A stretch of 32,000 bases of DNA from Shewanella zhangzhouensis (GCF_019457615.1 NZ_CP080414.1:3632237-3664236); one strand, 5' to 3'; counted from the first letter of the stretch, positions 9,972 to 17,067 are shown. The notes: a model not told the origin generated them from the sequence alone. Numbers and translations are program-made.

Positions 9972-10007
9972 AGAGGCTGACGACAGCAGTCGCCACCATT
10001 CGGATAC

Positions 10008-10041
10008 AAAAAGCCTTCCCATTGCGAAGGCTTTTTCTTTT
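10008..10041 (+). terminator. intrinsic terminator of pepN
   Basis: AAAAAGCCTTC-ccattgc-GAAGGCTTTTTCTTTT: a 7-bp GC stem plus a T-run. Confidence 0.75.
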
Positions 10042-10146
10042 GCTGCCCTGTCATTTGCATGTCATGGTTCGTTAACGGGGCTGTCTTGGGCATGTCACAG
10101 AGCGAGGTTAGGTTTACACCAATTTTTCTACTTTGGAATCAATACG

Positions 10147-11421
10147 ATGCTCCGTAAAGCCTACCCTTTGCTCTGCCTGTTGCCTCTGCTGGCACTGAGT
10201 GCCTGCAATGATAACGACAGCCCACAAACCGAAACTGAAGTCACCCCACCTGCCGCCACCAGGGTACCCGCTCAGGTGGGCGTACGCCCGGCGTACCTGA
10301 TTTCACAAATGGCCGAAGGTGAGCTCAAATCGGCGCTGGCTCAGTGCAAAGACATGCCGTTTTACCGCAGCGACTTTTCCATCGGCCACCGGGGCGCCGC
10401 CATGCAGTTCCCAGAACACACCCGCGAGTCATATCAGGCCGCCATCGATTCGGGCGCCGGGGTACTGGAGTGTGACGTGACCTTCACCGCCGACAAGGCG
10501 CTGGTTTGCCGCCACTCCCAGTGCGATCTGCACACCACCACCAATATTCTCGCCATCCCCGAACTTGCCGCCAAATGCAGCGAGCCATTCAGCCCCTTTG
10601 ATGCCGCCACCGGCACCCCTGCCTCGGCCAAGTGCTGTACCAGCGACATCAGCCTCGAAGAGTTTATGAGCCTCAAGGGCAAGATGGACGGTGCCAACTC
10701 CAGGGCCACCACGGTGGAAGCCTATCTGGCCGGTACCCCGGGCTGGCGTACGGATCTTTATGCTGCCACCGGCACCCTGATGACCCACGCCCAATCCATT
10801 GAGATGTTCAAGGCCGCCGGCGTTAAAATGACCCCTGAGCTCAAGTCCCCCGCCGTCACCATGCCCTTCGATGGCATGAGTCAGCAGGAATACGCCGACA
10901 AACTGGTGGCCGAGTATCAGGCCGCCGGTGTAATGGCCGACCGGGTTTATCCCCAGTCCTTTAATCTGGACGATGTAAAACACTGGATTGCCACGGCGCC
11001 GGAGTTTGGCCAGCAGGCCGTGTATCTGGATGACAGGGACGAAACCCTGCCCGGCTTCGACCCGATGAACCCTGCCACCTGGCAGCCTGATATGGCCAGC
11101 CTCAAGGCCGATGGTGTGGAGGTAGTGGCGCCGCCTCTATGGATGCTGGTGACGCTGGATAACGACGGCAAGATAGTGCCATCCGAATATGCCAAGGCCG
11201 CCAAAGCCGCCGGGCTTAAGATAATCACCTGGACACTGGAGCGCTCTGGCCACCTCACCAACGGCGGCGGCTGGTACTATCAAAGCATTACCGATGCCAC
11301 CACCAACGAAGGGGTCACCTACGAGCTGTTGGACGTACTCGCCAGGGACGTGGGCGTGATAGGGGTATTCTCCGACTGGCCAGCTACCGTCACCTACTAC
11401 GCCAACTGCAAGGGGCTGTAA
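10147..11421 (+). CDS. glycerophosphodiester phosphodiesterase (GDPD) family lipoprotein
   Basis: 424 aa with lipobox LALSAC. The GDPD signature is [46 protein letters not shown]. Confidence 0.85.
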   Translation: MLRKAYPLLCLLPLLALSACNDNDSPQTETEVTPPAATRVPAQVGVRPAYLISQMAEGELKSALAQCKDMPFYRSDFSIGHRGAAMQFPEHTRESYQAAIDSGAGVLECDVTFTADKALVCRHSQCDLHTTTNILAIPELAAKCSEPFSPFDAATGTPASAKCCTSDISLEEFMSLKGKMDGANSRATTVEAYLAGTPGWRTDLYAATGTLMTHAQSIEMFKAAGVKMTPELKSPAVTMPFDGMSQQEYADKLVAEYQAAGVMADRVYPQSFNLDDVKHWIATAPEFGQQAVYLDDRDETLPGFDPMNPATWQPDMASLKADGVEVVAPPLWMLVTLDNDGKIVPSEYAKAAKAAGLKIITWTLERSGHLTNGGGWYYQSITDATTNEGVTYELLDVLARDVGVIGVFSDWPATVTYYANCKGL

Positions 11422-11463
11422 TTGGCGATGCCAACGCCCTTCCGGAGATTGCAGATACAAAAA

Positions 11464-11490
11464 GGCCGTGTCTTAGACACGGCCATTTTC
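11464..11490 (+). terminator. intrinsic terminator after the GDPD gene
   Basis: GGCCGTGTC-tta-GACACGGCC (9-bp stem) followed by ATTTTCACTTTT. Confidence 0.7.
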
Positions 11491-11762
11491 ACTTTTAACT
11501 GCCTGTCAGCCATTGAACTGTTCATCTCACCGTGTTTTGCATTCGGCTGAATAACCTGCTCAATTTCACCCAACATCCCCTTCCGCCGAGATGGATTTCC
11601 AGACCATAAAAAGGTAACTGGTACACCTTGGTTAAACGCTACTCTTCTTCAGCAAACCGATTTTTGGATTCACGTTTCCAGTGGCCCCATACCACTCTTG
11701 CCTTCAAACATAAAAAGCCAATAAAATCAATATGAAGCCATAAAACATTGACAAGGAAAAAG

Positions 11763-13118
11763 TTAATGAACGACCTTCATTTTCACTTCTTCTTCGCCCT
11801 TTTCCCCTAACCTGGTCGACAGCCTGTCGCCATTGTCTGAAAGAGTAAAATAAACAGGTTCGGCGCCGACCTGGTCATACACAAAACGGCCATCGCCTTC
11901 GTATCGCAGCGCCTGGGTATAACCATCGGGAAACTGATTGGCGAGCTTGCCATCGAGGTTAACCAGGGTCACCCCGTAGGGATCGTCAGGGATGGCCTGA
12001 TACAGACCCACATAGCGCGCCAGCTCTTCTGCCGCGACAGGCAGATCAGTCAGGGTTTGATTAAAGTAGCTTTTCAGCATCTGTTGATAGGTGTCATGAA
12101 AGTTATCATTTGAGCCATTGGATGCTAAAACCAGCGTCATCTTTTCCTGAGGGAAATAGGCCGCTATCGCGTTATATGCGTCAAAAGTCCCACCGTGCCC
12201 AAATCCCTGCTTGTCAAAAAACTCAATGGGTTTAATACCCAAACCAAAACCATTTTGGGTCTGCTTCATGGTATCAACCAATGGCAAAGGAATAATCTCA
12301 CCGGAAAACAAGGCATGATAAAAAATCGCAACCTCGGTGGGTGTCGCCTTTATGGAACCCGCCCCCAGACCAACAGAGAGATGGGATGCAGGAAACATTA
12401 ACCACTGGCCATTCTCAAAGGTGTACGAATGTTGAGTTTGATGGCTGTCGCGCACATGTACCGTTTGAGTCAGGTTTAACGGCGTTGTTATCTTTTCACT
12501 GAGTATCTCACCAAAGCTTTTTTGGTATACCTTTTCCAGGATGAGCGCCAGCAGGTAATAGTTGGAGTTGCTGTACTCCGCTTTGGTGCCTGGCTCAAAA
12601 TCGCTGCCCAACGCCAGAATTCGATTGAGCATACTCTCACTGCTTTGATTTTCTGTCCGATAGTCAAAAAATCCTTTTCCTTTTTTGGTGTAGTTGCCAA
12701 TGCCACTGCTGTGCTGAAGCAGATTTTTGATGCTGATTAGGTGTCCATTTTCAAGGGTCGGAAAAAATGCCTCGAGCGTTTGTTCCAGAGTCAGCTTTTG
12801 CTCATCAACCGCCTTTAGCACCAGGGCAGCTGTGTAGGTTTTTGACACTGAACCAATTAAGTAAGCTGATTGTGTGGTCGATTGTTCATTCTTGCTTATG
12901 TCATCGAAGCCCGAGCTATCTGAAAATATCACCTTACCTGACTGCATCAGCACAACACTGCCCATAAAGTCAGATTGCGAGCGAATATCATCAAATGCCC
13001 GGTGCAGCCTCTCCTGTCTGGACTGAATATCGTCAATTTGCGTGGTATCTGTGTCTTTTTTGCCACAAGACATCAACACAGCTGCACTGCACAGTACGGC
13101 AAGTAAAACTCTAGTCAT
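11763..13118 (-). CDS. beta-lactamase/transpeptidase-fold serine hydrolase, lipoprotein (AT-rich island)
   Basis: 451 aa with lipobox VLMSC. It carries S-x-x-K (GSVSKT), Y-x-N (YSNSNY) and an HGG box (FGHGGT). AAGGA lies 8 nt upstream of the ATG. GC content is visibly lower than in flanking core genes. Confidence 0.8.
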   Translation of the reverse strand: MTRVLLAVLCSAAVLMSCGKKDTDTTQIDDIQSRQERLHRAFDDIRSQSDFMGSVVLMQSGKVIFSDSSGFDDISKNEQSTTQSAYLIGSVSKTYTAALVLKAVDEQKLTLEQTLEAFFPTLENGHLISIKNLLQHSSGIGNYTKKGKGFFDYRTENQSSESMLNRILALGSDFEPGTKAEYSNSNYYLLALILEKVYQKSFGEILSEKITTPLNLTQTVHVRDSHQTQHSYTFENGQWLMFPASHLSVGLGAGSIKATPTEVAIFYHALFSGEIIPLPLVDTMKQTQNGFGLGIKPIEFFDKQGFGHGGTFDAYNAIAAYFPQEKMTLVLASNGSNDNFHDTYQQMLKSYFNQTLTDLPVAAEELARYVGLYQAIPDDPYGVTLVNLDGKLANQFPDGYTQALRYEGDGRFVYDQVGAEPVYFTLSDNGDRLSTRLGEKGEEEVKMKVVH

Positions 13119-13202
13119 CAGTCACGTCCTTGTTTTAATGCACAAGCTGAGGCTTTCACAGGGATAATACCAACCACTCCGTTTTTCAGTTGCTGGTTAT
13201 TG

Positions 13203-13922
13203 TTAGGCATTTAGTTCTACAACCTCAAAACATGCATCGCCACGATGATGTCCTGTATGCGCTTGAAATAACTTACCCTTAACTTTTGCATTTTTAAGCA
13301 CAATATTTCTGTGATCATCATAAAAACATGGACTAACTACTAATTGTAGCTTTTTGACATTATCGATTCTAAATGTATTACCATGCACGAAACCAGAAGC
13401 TAGTAATGATATTGGTTTGGGAAGCACCAACATCCAGTATGTCTCTAGAGAATCTTTTTCGAAGGATTTATAGTTGGGAGGACCAGGAAATGCCTCTCGC
13501 CAAACAAAACCTGTCAGCTCAATTTCCTGTCCCTCGTAAACCTCATCAACTTCATCTCCCATCTCCTTCTGAAGCCTCTGCGCCTCTAAAGCGAATGATT
13601 TCACTGCGTCATACCAACGCTCCCTATGCATCCTAAGTTCTGATTCTGAATACTTTGTCCCCTTGGGGTGTTTAGGATTGTAATGCCCTACGTCAGCATG
13701 ACAATTGAAACAAAGCGGAATGCAATTATGCAAATCAGAACTTCCGCCTTTCGACTCTTCAACAATATGGTGAAGCTCTATTTTCGTTCCGCAAAAGCCA
13801 TGACATATGCAACAGCTTCTGCCGCACAAAACTAAGACTTCGTCTTTTACTGATCGTGGCCACATATCTATTTTTTTCCTAACGCACCCAACCGGGGCCG
13901 AGCATAGCGAGATCCCGCGCAC
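13203..13922 (-). CDS. HNH endonuclease domain fused to a C-terminal GPPNY...HTGHH domain (DUF4431-like by recollection)
   Basis: HNH core: CCIC...ELHHIVE...HNCIPLCFNCH. The C-terminal half contains LTGFVWREAFPGPPNYKSF and GKLFQAHTGHHRGD. The start is ambiguous between GTG at 13922 and ATG at 13865 (AGGA 11 nt upstream). Confidence 0.75.
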   Translation of the reverse strand: MRGISLCSAPVGCVRKKIDMWPRSVKDEVLVLCGRSCCICHGFCGTKIELHHIVEESKGGSSDLHNCIPLCFNCHADVGHYNPKHPKGTKYSESELRMHRERWYDAVKSFALEAQRLQKEMGDEVDEVYEGQEIELTGFVWREAFPGPPNYKSFEKDSLETYWMLVLPKPISLLASGFVHGNTFRIDNVKKLQLVVSPCFYDDHRNIVLKNAKVKGKLFQAHTGHHRGDACFEVVELNA

Positions 13923-13931
13923 GCAGTGCGC
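13917..13931 (-). other. short GC hairpin between the 222-aa gene and the HNH gene
   Basis: GCGCAC-gca-GTGCGC (6-bp stem, 3-nt loop) inside a locally GC-rich patch (13881-13931) of an otherwise AT-rich island. No U-tract follows. Confidence 0.4.
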
Positions 13932-13955
13932 ATTTCTAATTGGACTTGTTATAAA

Positions 13956-14624
13956 TCACTTTACAACCCTCATGTAGGGTGGCAATCGAATCTTTCCGAC
14001 TTTCTCAACTTGCTCCCCAAGAAATTCACTTCTGGCACTATCAAGAATCTGCTCAAGCTTATCTAAGTAATATTCACATAATTCTTCGATGGGTTTGGAT
14101 TTTAGCTCATCATCCTCAGGAACTGGCAGTTCAGTAAAGTGTTGCTGTACATCGGCCATGCTAGTTGGAATATCGACATAATAATTCTCTGTTGAACCAT
14201 CAGGTAACTCTACAATCCAGCCACTACCACCAAGCTGGTCACCAATGAAGAAGCTAGAAGCTCCCGGTGGTGGCGGTCCCAACTTATCCATATCACCCTG
14301 ATTGATATTGATTGTCGCCGATGTTGAAACGGGTAGCTTTCCTTGCTTCAAAATCTCATTGCGCAATGTGACGAAGTATTTCATTACAACGTCAGACTTC
14401 ATTTGCTCCTGTATGGGGCCATACCATCGTTCAAAGGTATCAGAGCCAACAGGTGTCTTTAAATTTTGAATAACAAAAGTCACAGAGCGGCCAAATACAA
14501 TAAGATTCCTTAATCCCGAGTACCGACGACGTCTACCGCATGCAGTGAGGTCGTCAAAACCAAACTTAGCTGTCTGAAAGGTATCTTCAGCTTTCTGAAT
14601 AATTGCCTTAACCTCTGAATTCAA
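13956..14624 (-). CDS. hypothetical protein, no recognisable motif (middle gene of the island cassette)
   Basis: 222-aa ORF with a TTG start preceded by a strong SD (AAGGAGAGttgtaTTG). It has no TM segment or signal peptide and is acidic at the C-terminal end. It contains PPPP and GGSG linker-like stretches. Confidence 0.7.
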   Translation of the reverse strand: MNSEVKAIIQKAEDTFQTAKFGFDDLTACGRRRRYSGLRNLIVFGRSVTFVIQNLKTPVGSDTFERWYGPIQEQMKSDVVMKYFVTLRNEILKQGKLPVSTSATININQGDMDKLGPPPPGASSFFIGDQLGGSGWIVELPDGSTENYYVDIPTSMADVQQHFTELPVPEDDELKSKPIEELCEYYLDKLEQILDSARSEFLGEQVEKVGKIRLPPYMRVVK

Positions 14625-14761
14625 TACAACTCTCCTTGTGATTTATAACGCCCATGTAACCGATAGTTTTTGAGGAGAAGTTTTGTGAAAAATAGAGCGG
14701 AATGCACAAAAGTGCGGAGCAAAAGCTGTCCGGTTGACATGTTTGTTAGGCTATTGAAGGA

Positions 14762-14836
14762 CCCTACTAGGCCCAGTCCTCGCAGAGGACTGGGCCGACA
14801 GCACCTCGCACCCTCATAGATTGGGAGGGCGTAGGG
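14762..14836 (-). other. about 75-nt GC-rich nested-stem element in the intergenic gap between the Ntn-like gene and the 222-aa gene
   Basis: A perfect 12-bp hairpin GGCCCAGTCCTC-gca-GAGGACTGGGCC (14770-14796) and a second hairpin CCCTC...GAGGG (14811-14829) are enclosed by CCCTAC (14762-67) and GTAGGG (14831-36). No U-tract follows on either strand. Confidence 0.5.
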
Positions 14837-14843
14837 AGTTGCT

Positions 14844-15659
14844 CTATTTGCAACGAAACGGTGGCTGGACTTGAGCATCAGGCTCTCTTTGTTTCGTATG
14901 CGGATTAGTTATTTCGAAGTTACCATTAAACCACTGCAGGCCGAGAGGAGCAATATCTCTATCTATCAATTGCCCTGAGATATACCTTTGCCCCTCAATA
15001 ACAACCCCACAATGAGAGCCTCCAGTGTTAGGCTTGCGAATAACAGAGACGATTTGTGGAATTGGGCCAACAGTGTAATTTTTACTTTGACTAATAGTTT
15101 GATAAAAGGAATGAAAAACGTCACGACTGGTTGATTTGTTAGGATTTTCGATTATTTGGCGCTTTTTATATTGGATTTCAAATTCGTTTCTCCCACTACC
15201 AGCAACAACTATGGGGCCTGACACACCAGGAAAATTTAATTTCGTTTTAGTTGTTTTATTAAAATTAGAATCAATACGAAAGCATTCAAAGTCGCCAGCT
15301 GAACTCACTGTCGATTTTCCGCATATTACAACGGTAAAAGCTCCGGTTGACAGCTTAGCTGGGTATTGCTTGTAATTTCTTACAATAAGGCGGATGAATA
15401 TATCTACTAAGTCTTCAAGACTCGTACCCTTGTATTCAGGTATCGCCTCAATCACTGCTATCGCTTGTGAGATGAGCATTTGACTGGAAAGTGAATCTCC
15501 ACAATAACCTAATATTGCTGGAAATTGTCGTAGCGCAAAGGTTTTATTTGCATTATCAAAATAGTCCTGCTCGCCCCAAGAAACTCTACTATCGGTAGCT
15601 ATATATACCGAAGCGGGGCTTCTAGAATCGATACCAGTCCAAGCTACAAGTAATGTCAT
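14844..15659 (-). CDS. proteasome beta-subunit/HslV-like N-terminal-nucleophile (T1-type) peptidase homologue with C-terminal extension
   Basis: 271 aa starting MTLLVAW, with Thr directly after the initiator Met. ATDSRVS...ANKTF gives Asp and Lys 16 residues apart, matching D17/K33 of proteasome beta subunits. GYCGDSLSSQ parallels AGxxGDAQ, and VVAGSGRNEF parallels the GSG motif. All motif matches were made by eye. Confidence 0.7.
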   Translation of the reverse strand: MTLLVAWTGIDSRSPASVYIATDSRVSWGEQDYFDNANKTFALRQFPAILGYCGDSLSSQMLISQAIAVIEAIPEYKGTSLEDLVDIFIRLIVRNYKQYPAKLSTGAFTVVICGKSTVSSAGDFECFRIDSNFNKTTKTKLNFPGVSGPIVVAGSGRNEFEIQYKKRQIIENPNKSTSRDVFHSFYQTISQSKNYTVGPIPQIVSVIRKPNTGGSHCGVVIEGQRYISGQLIDRDIAPLGLQWFNGNFEITNPHTKQREPDAQVQPPFRCK

Positions 15660-15868
15660 GTATTTGAATGCCTAAAATTTGTATAGTGTGCTGGCTCGTT
15701 TATCACCTCAGACCAGTGAAAAACGTGCTGGTGAATGTTCAATGGACTTAATCACTTAGCTGATATCGTCCAGATAACTTACCAGTGCAAAGCGTGCCTG
15801 CACGGTTTCTCGCCTGTTATCTGCCCCGTCGATTTCGCAAGCACCTATTTTTAAATGGCAAACACTCA

Positions 15869-16126
15869 TCACTGAGCAGCAAAGCGTACCTGATGGCAGA
15901 CTGCGGCATACTCACAAGGGCAAAGCCCGGCTAACTGACAGGGGCAGCGAAGCGCCTTTCTACTGATGGAATAAACCCTAATTGGGGGATACAAGCGGTG
16001 AAGTGGATTCCAGGCAATGCCTTTGAGCATGGCTACCGCATGGGCTGGAGTGAGATACTGCGTCCCTGAGAAGTGTTTTTGATCCATCAAATCAGCATCT
16101 TGGCATAGGTTTATCAGCCGGGGCAA
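15869..16126 (-). CDS. possible small Cys-rich protein at the island edge (uncertain)
   Basis: 85-aa ORF (TTG start, internal ATG at MDQKHF) ending in RCPCQLAGLCPCEYAAVC. GC is core-like and I recognise no family. It could be a gene remnant. Confidence 0.3.
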   Translation of the reverse strand: MPRLINLCQDADLMDQKHFSGTQYLTPAHAVAMLKGIAWNPLHRLYPPIRVYSISRKALRCPCQLAGLCPCEYAAVCHQVRFAAQ

Positions 16127-16155
16127 GCGCGTTAACTGAATTCGCCTTAAGCCAC

Positions 16156-16198
16156 AAAAAAAAGCCGTGCCTGCTGATTAGCAGTAGCACGGCTTTTT
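16156..16198 (-). terminator. strong bidirectional-looking terminator downstream of the phosphoribosyltransferase gene
   Basis: AAAAAAAA-GCCGTGCCTGCT-gatt-AGCAGtaGCACGGC-TTTTT. The run of As on the plus strand supplies the U-tract for the minus-strand transcript. Confidence 0.75.
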
Positions 16199-16287
16199 AC
16201 AAATCGCGAAAAAGCACAGAACTTAGTTCGCGGGCTTAAGTAGCAGGCTCACATCACGGGCTTATGCAACAAGCTTATGCATCAGGC

Positions 16288-16854
16288 TTAGATAAACAGC
16301 TCGGCGATGTTTTTCAGGTCGCTCTTGCCGTTAGCAATCTCATCCGGTGTCAGGCCCGAGACTTCGTGGGGGAACACCAGCCAGTCTTCAGATGAGTGGA
16401 TGTAGTAATCCGGCTTTAAGGGCACGGCGGTGTTTTTGGGCTTGTAGTATGGGCAGGCGATGCGGATGTCGCGGGGCATGTTGAGGCGCATCAACTGAGA
16501 CAGTTTTTCTTTCAGGGCATGGATGCTGCGGCCTGAGTCGAATACGTCGTCCACAATCAGCAGGCCGTCGTCGGCGTTGCAGTTTTCGATGATGTAATGC
16601 AGGCCGTGGACCTTGATTTCCTTGCTCTGCTTGTCGGTACCAATGCCGTAATAAGAAGAGGTACGCACGGCGATATGGTCGGTATCGACCTTTTTGAAAT
16701 CAAAGTATTCCTGCACCGCAATCCCTATGGGTGCACCGCCACGCCAGATCCCCACAATAAACTGCGGACGAAAGCCGCTTTCATACACCTGGGCTGCCAG
16801 GCGAAATGAGTCTTCCAACAGCTGCTGTGCCGTAATGTAATGTTTGTCTGACAT
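16288..16854 (-). CDS. type I purine phosphoribosyltransferase family protein (Gpt/Hpt-like)
   Basis: 188 aa with the PRPP-binding motif LLIVDDVFDSGRS and the N-terminal layout FIVGIWRGGAPIG, as in Gpt-type enzymes. GGGGA lies 7 nt upstream of the ATG. Confidence 0.8.
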   Translation of the reverse strand: MSDKHYITAQQLLEDSFRLAAQVYESGFRPQFIVGIWRGGAPIGIAVQEYFDFKKVDTDHIAVRTSSYYGIGTDKQSKEIKVHGLHYIIENCNADDGLLIVDDVFDSGRSIHALKEKLSQLMRLNMPRDIRIACPYYKPKNTAVPLKPDYYIHSSEDWLVFPHEVSGLTPDEIANGKSDLKNIAELFI

Positions 16855-16894
16855 TGAAGCGTCCCCATCATCCTATTGCTGTTTTTGGTAATTC

Positions 16895-16934
16895 GCGGAT
16901 GAGGCCCAAACCCGGTATCCGCCATGATTTGGGC
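16895..16934 (-). promoter_or_regulatory. candidate structured 5' leader (two interleaved helices) upstream of the phosphoribosyltransferase gene
   Basis: GCGGAT (16895-900) pairs with ATCCGC (16917-922). GCCCAAA (16904-910) pairs with TTTGGGC (16928-934). The helices interleave, so they form either a pseudoknot or mutually exclusive hairpins. A TAAAAT -10-like box (rc of 16939-44) lies just upstream on the minus strand. Confidence 0.3.
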
Positions 16935-17008
16935 GCGCATTTTACACAAATTTTTGCCCCGTGACTGCTGCAAGCATAACAAGCCGGAGAATTTCCTCCA
17001 CTGAGCAT

Positions 17009-17038
17009 AAAAAAATCCACCCAATTGGGTGGATTTTT
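17009..17038 (-). terminator. terminator of phoD (palindromic, bidirectional-looking)
   Basis: AAAAATCCACCC-aatt-GGGTGGATTTTT, with an 8-bp stem flanked by A and T runs. Confidence 0.8.
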
Positions 17039-17067
17039 AGCGCTGTGCCTTGTTAGCGGGAAACGGA

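Noticed and set aside
14621-14878. 85-aa ORF spanning the gap between the peptidase-like gene and the 222-aa gene
   Set aside because: It starts inside the upstream gene, and much of its sequence is dictated by the palindromic GC-rich element (PSPLRGLGLVG). I therefore do not annotate it. It is not fully excluded, because its TGA overlaps the TTG start of the next gene (TTGA), which could indicate coupling.
11490-16140. Direct repeats (att sites), integrase or tRNA at the island edges
   Set aside because: I compared both flanks by eye and found only trivial matches of 6 bp or less (for example TGTTCA). No tRNA-like T-arm and no integrase-like ORF is present in any frame. Mobility therefore cannot be claimed.
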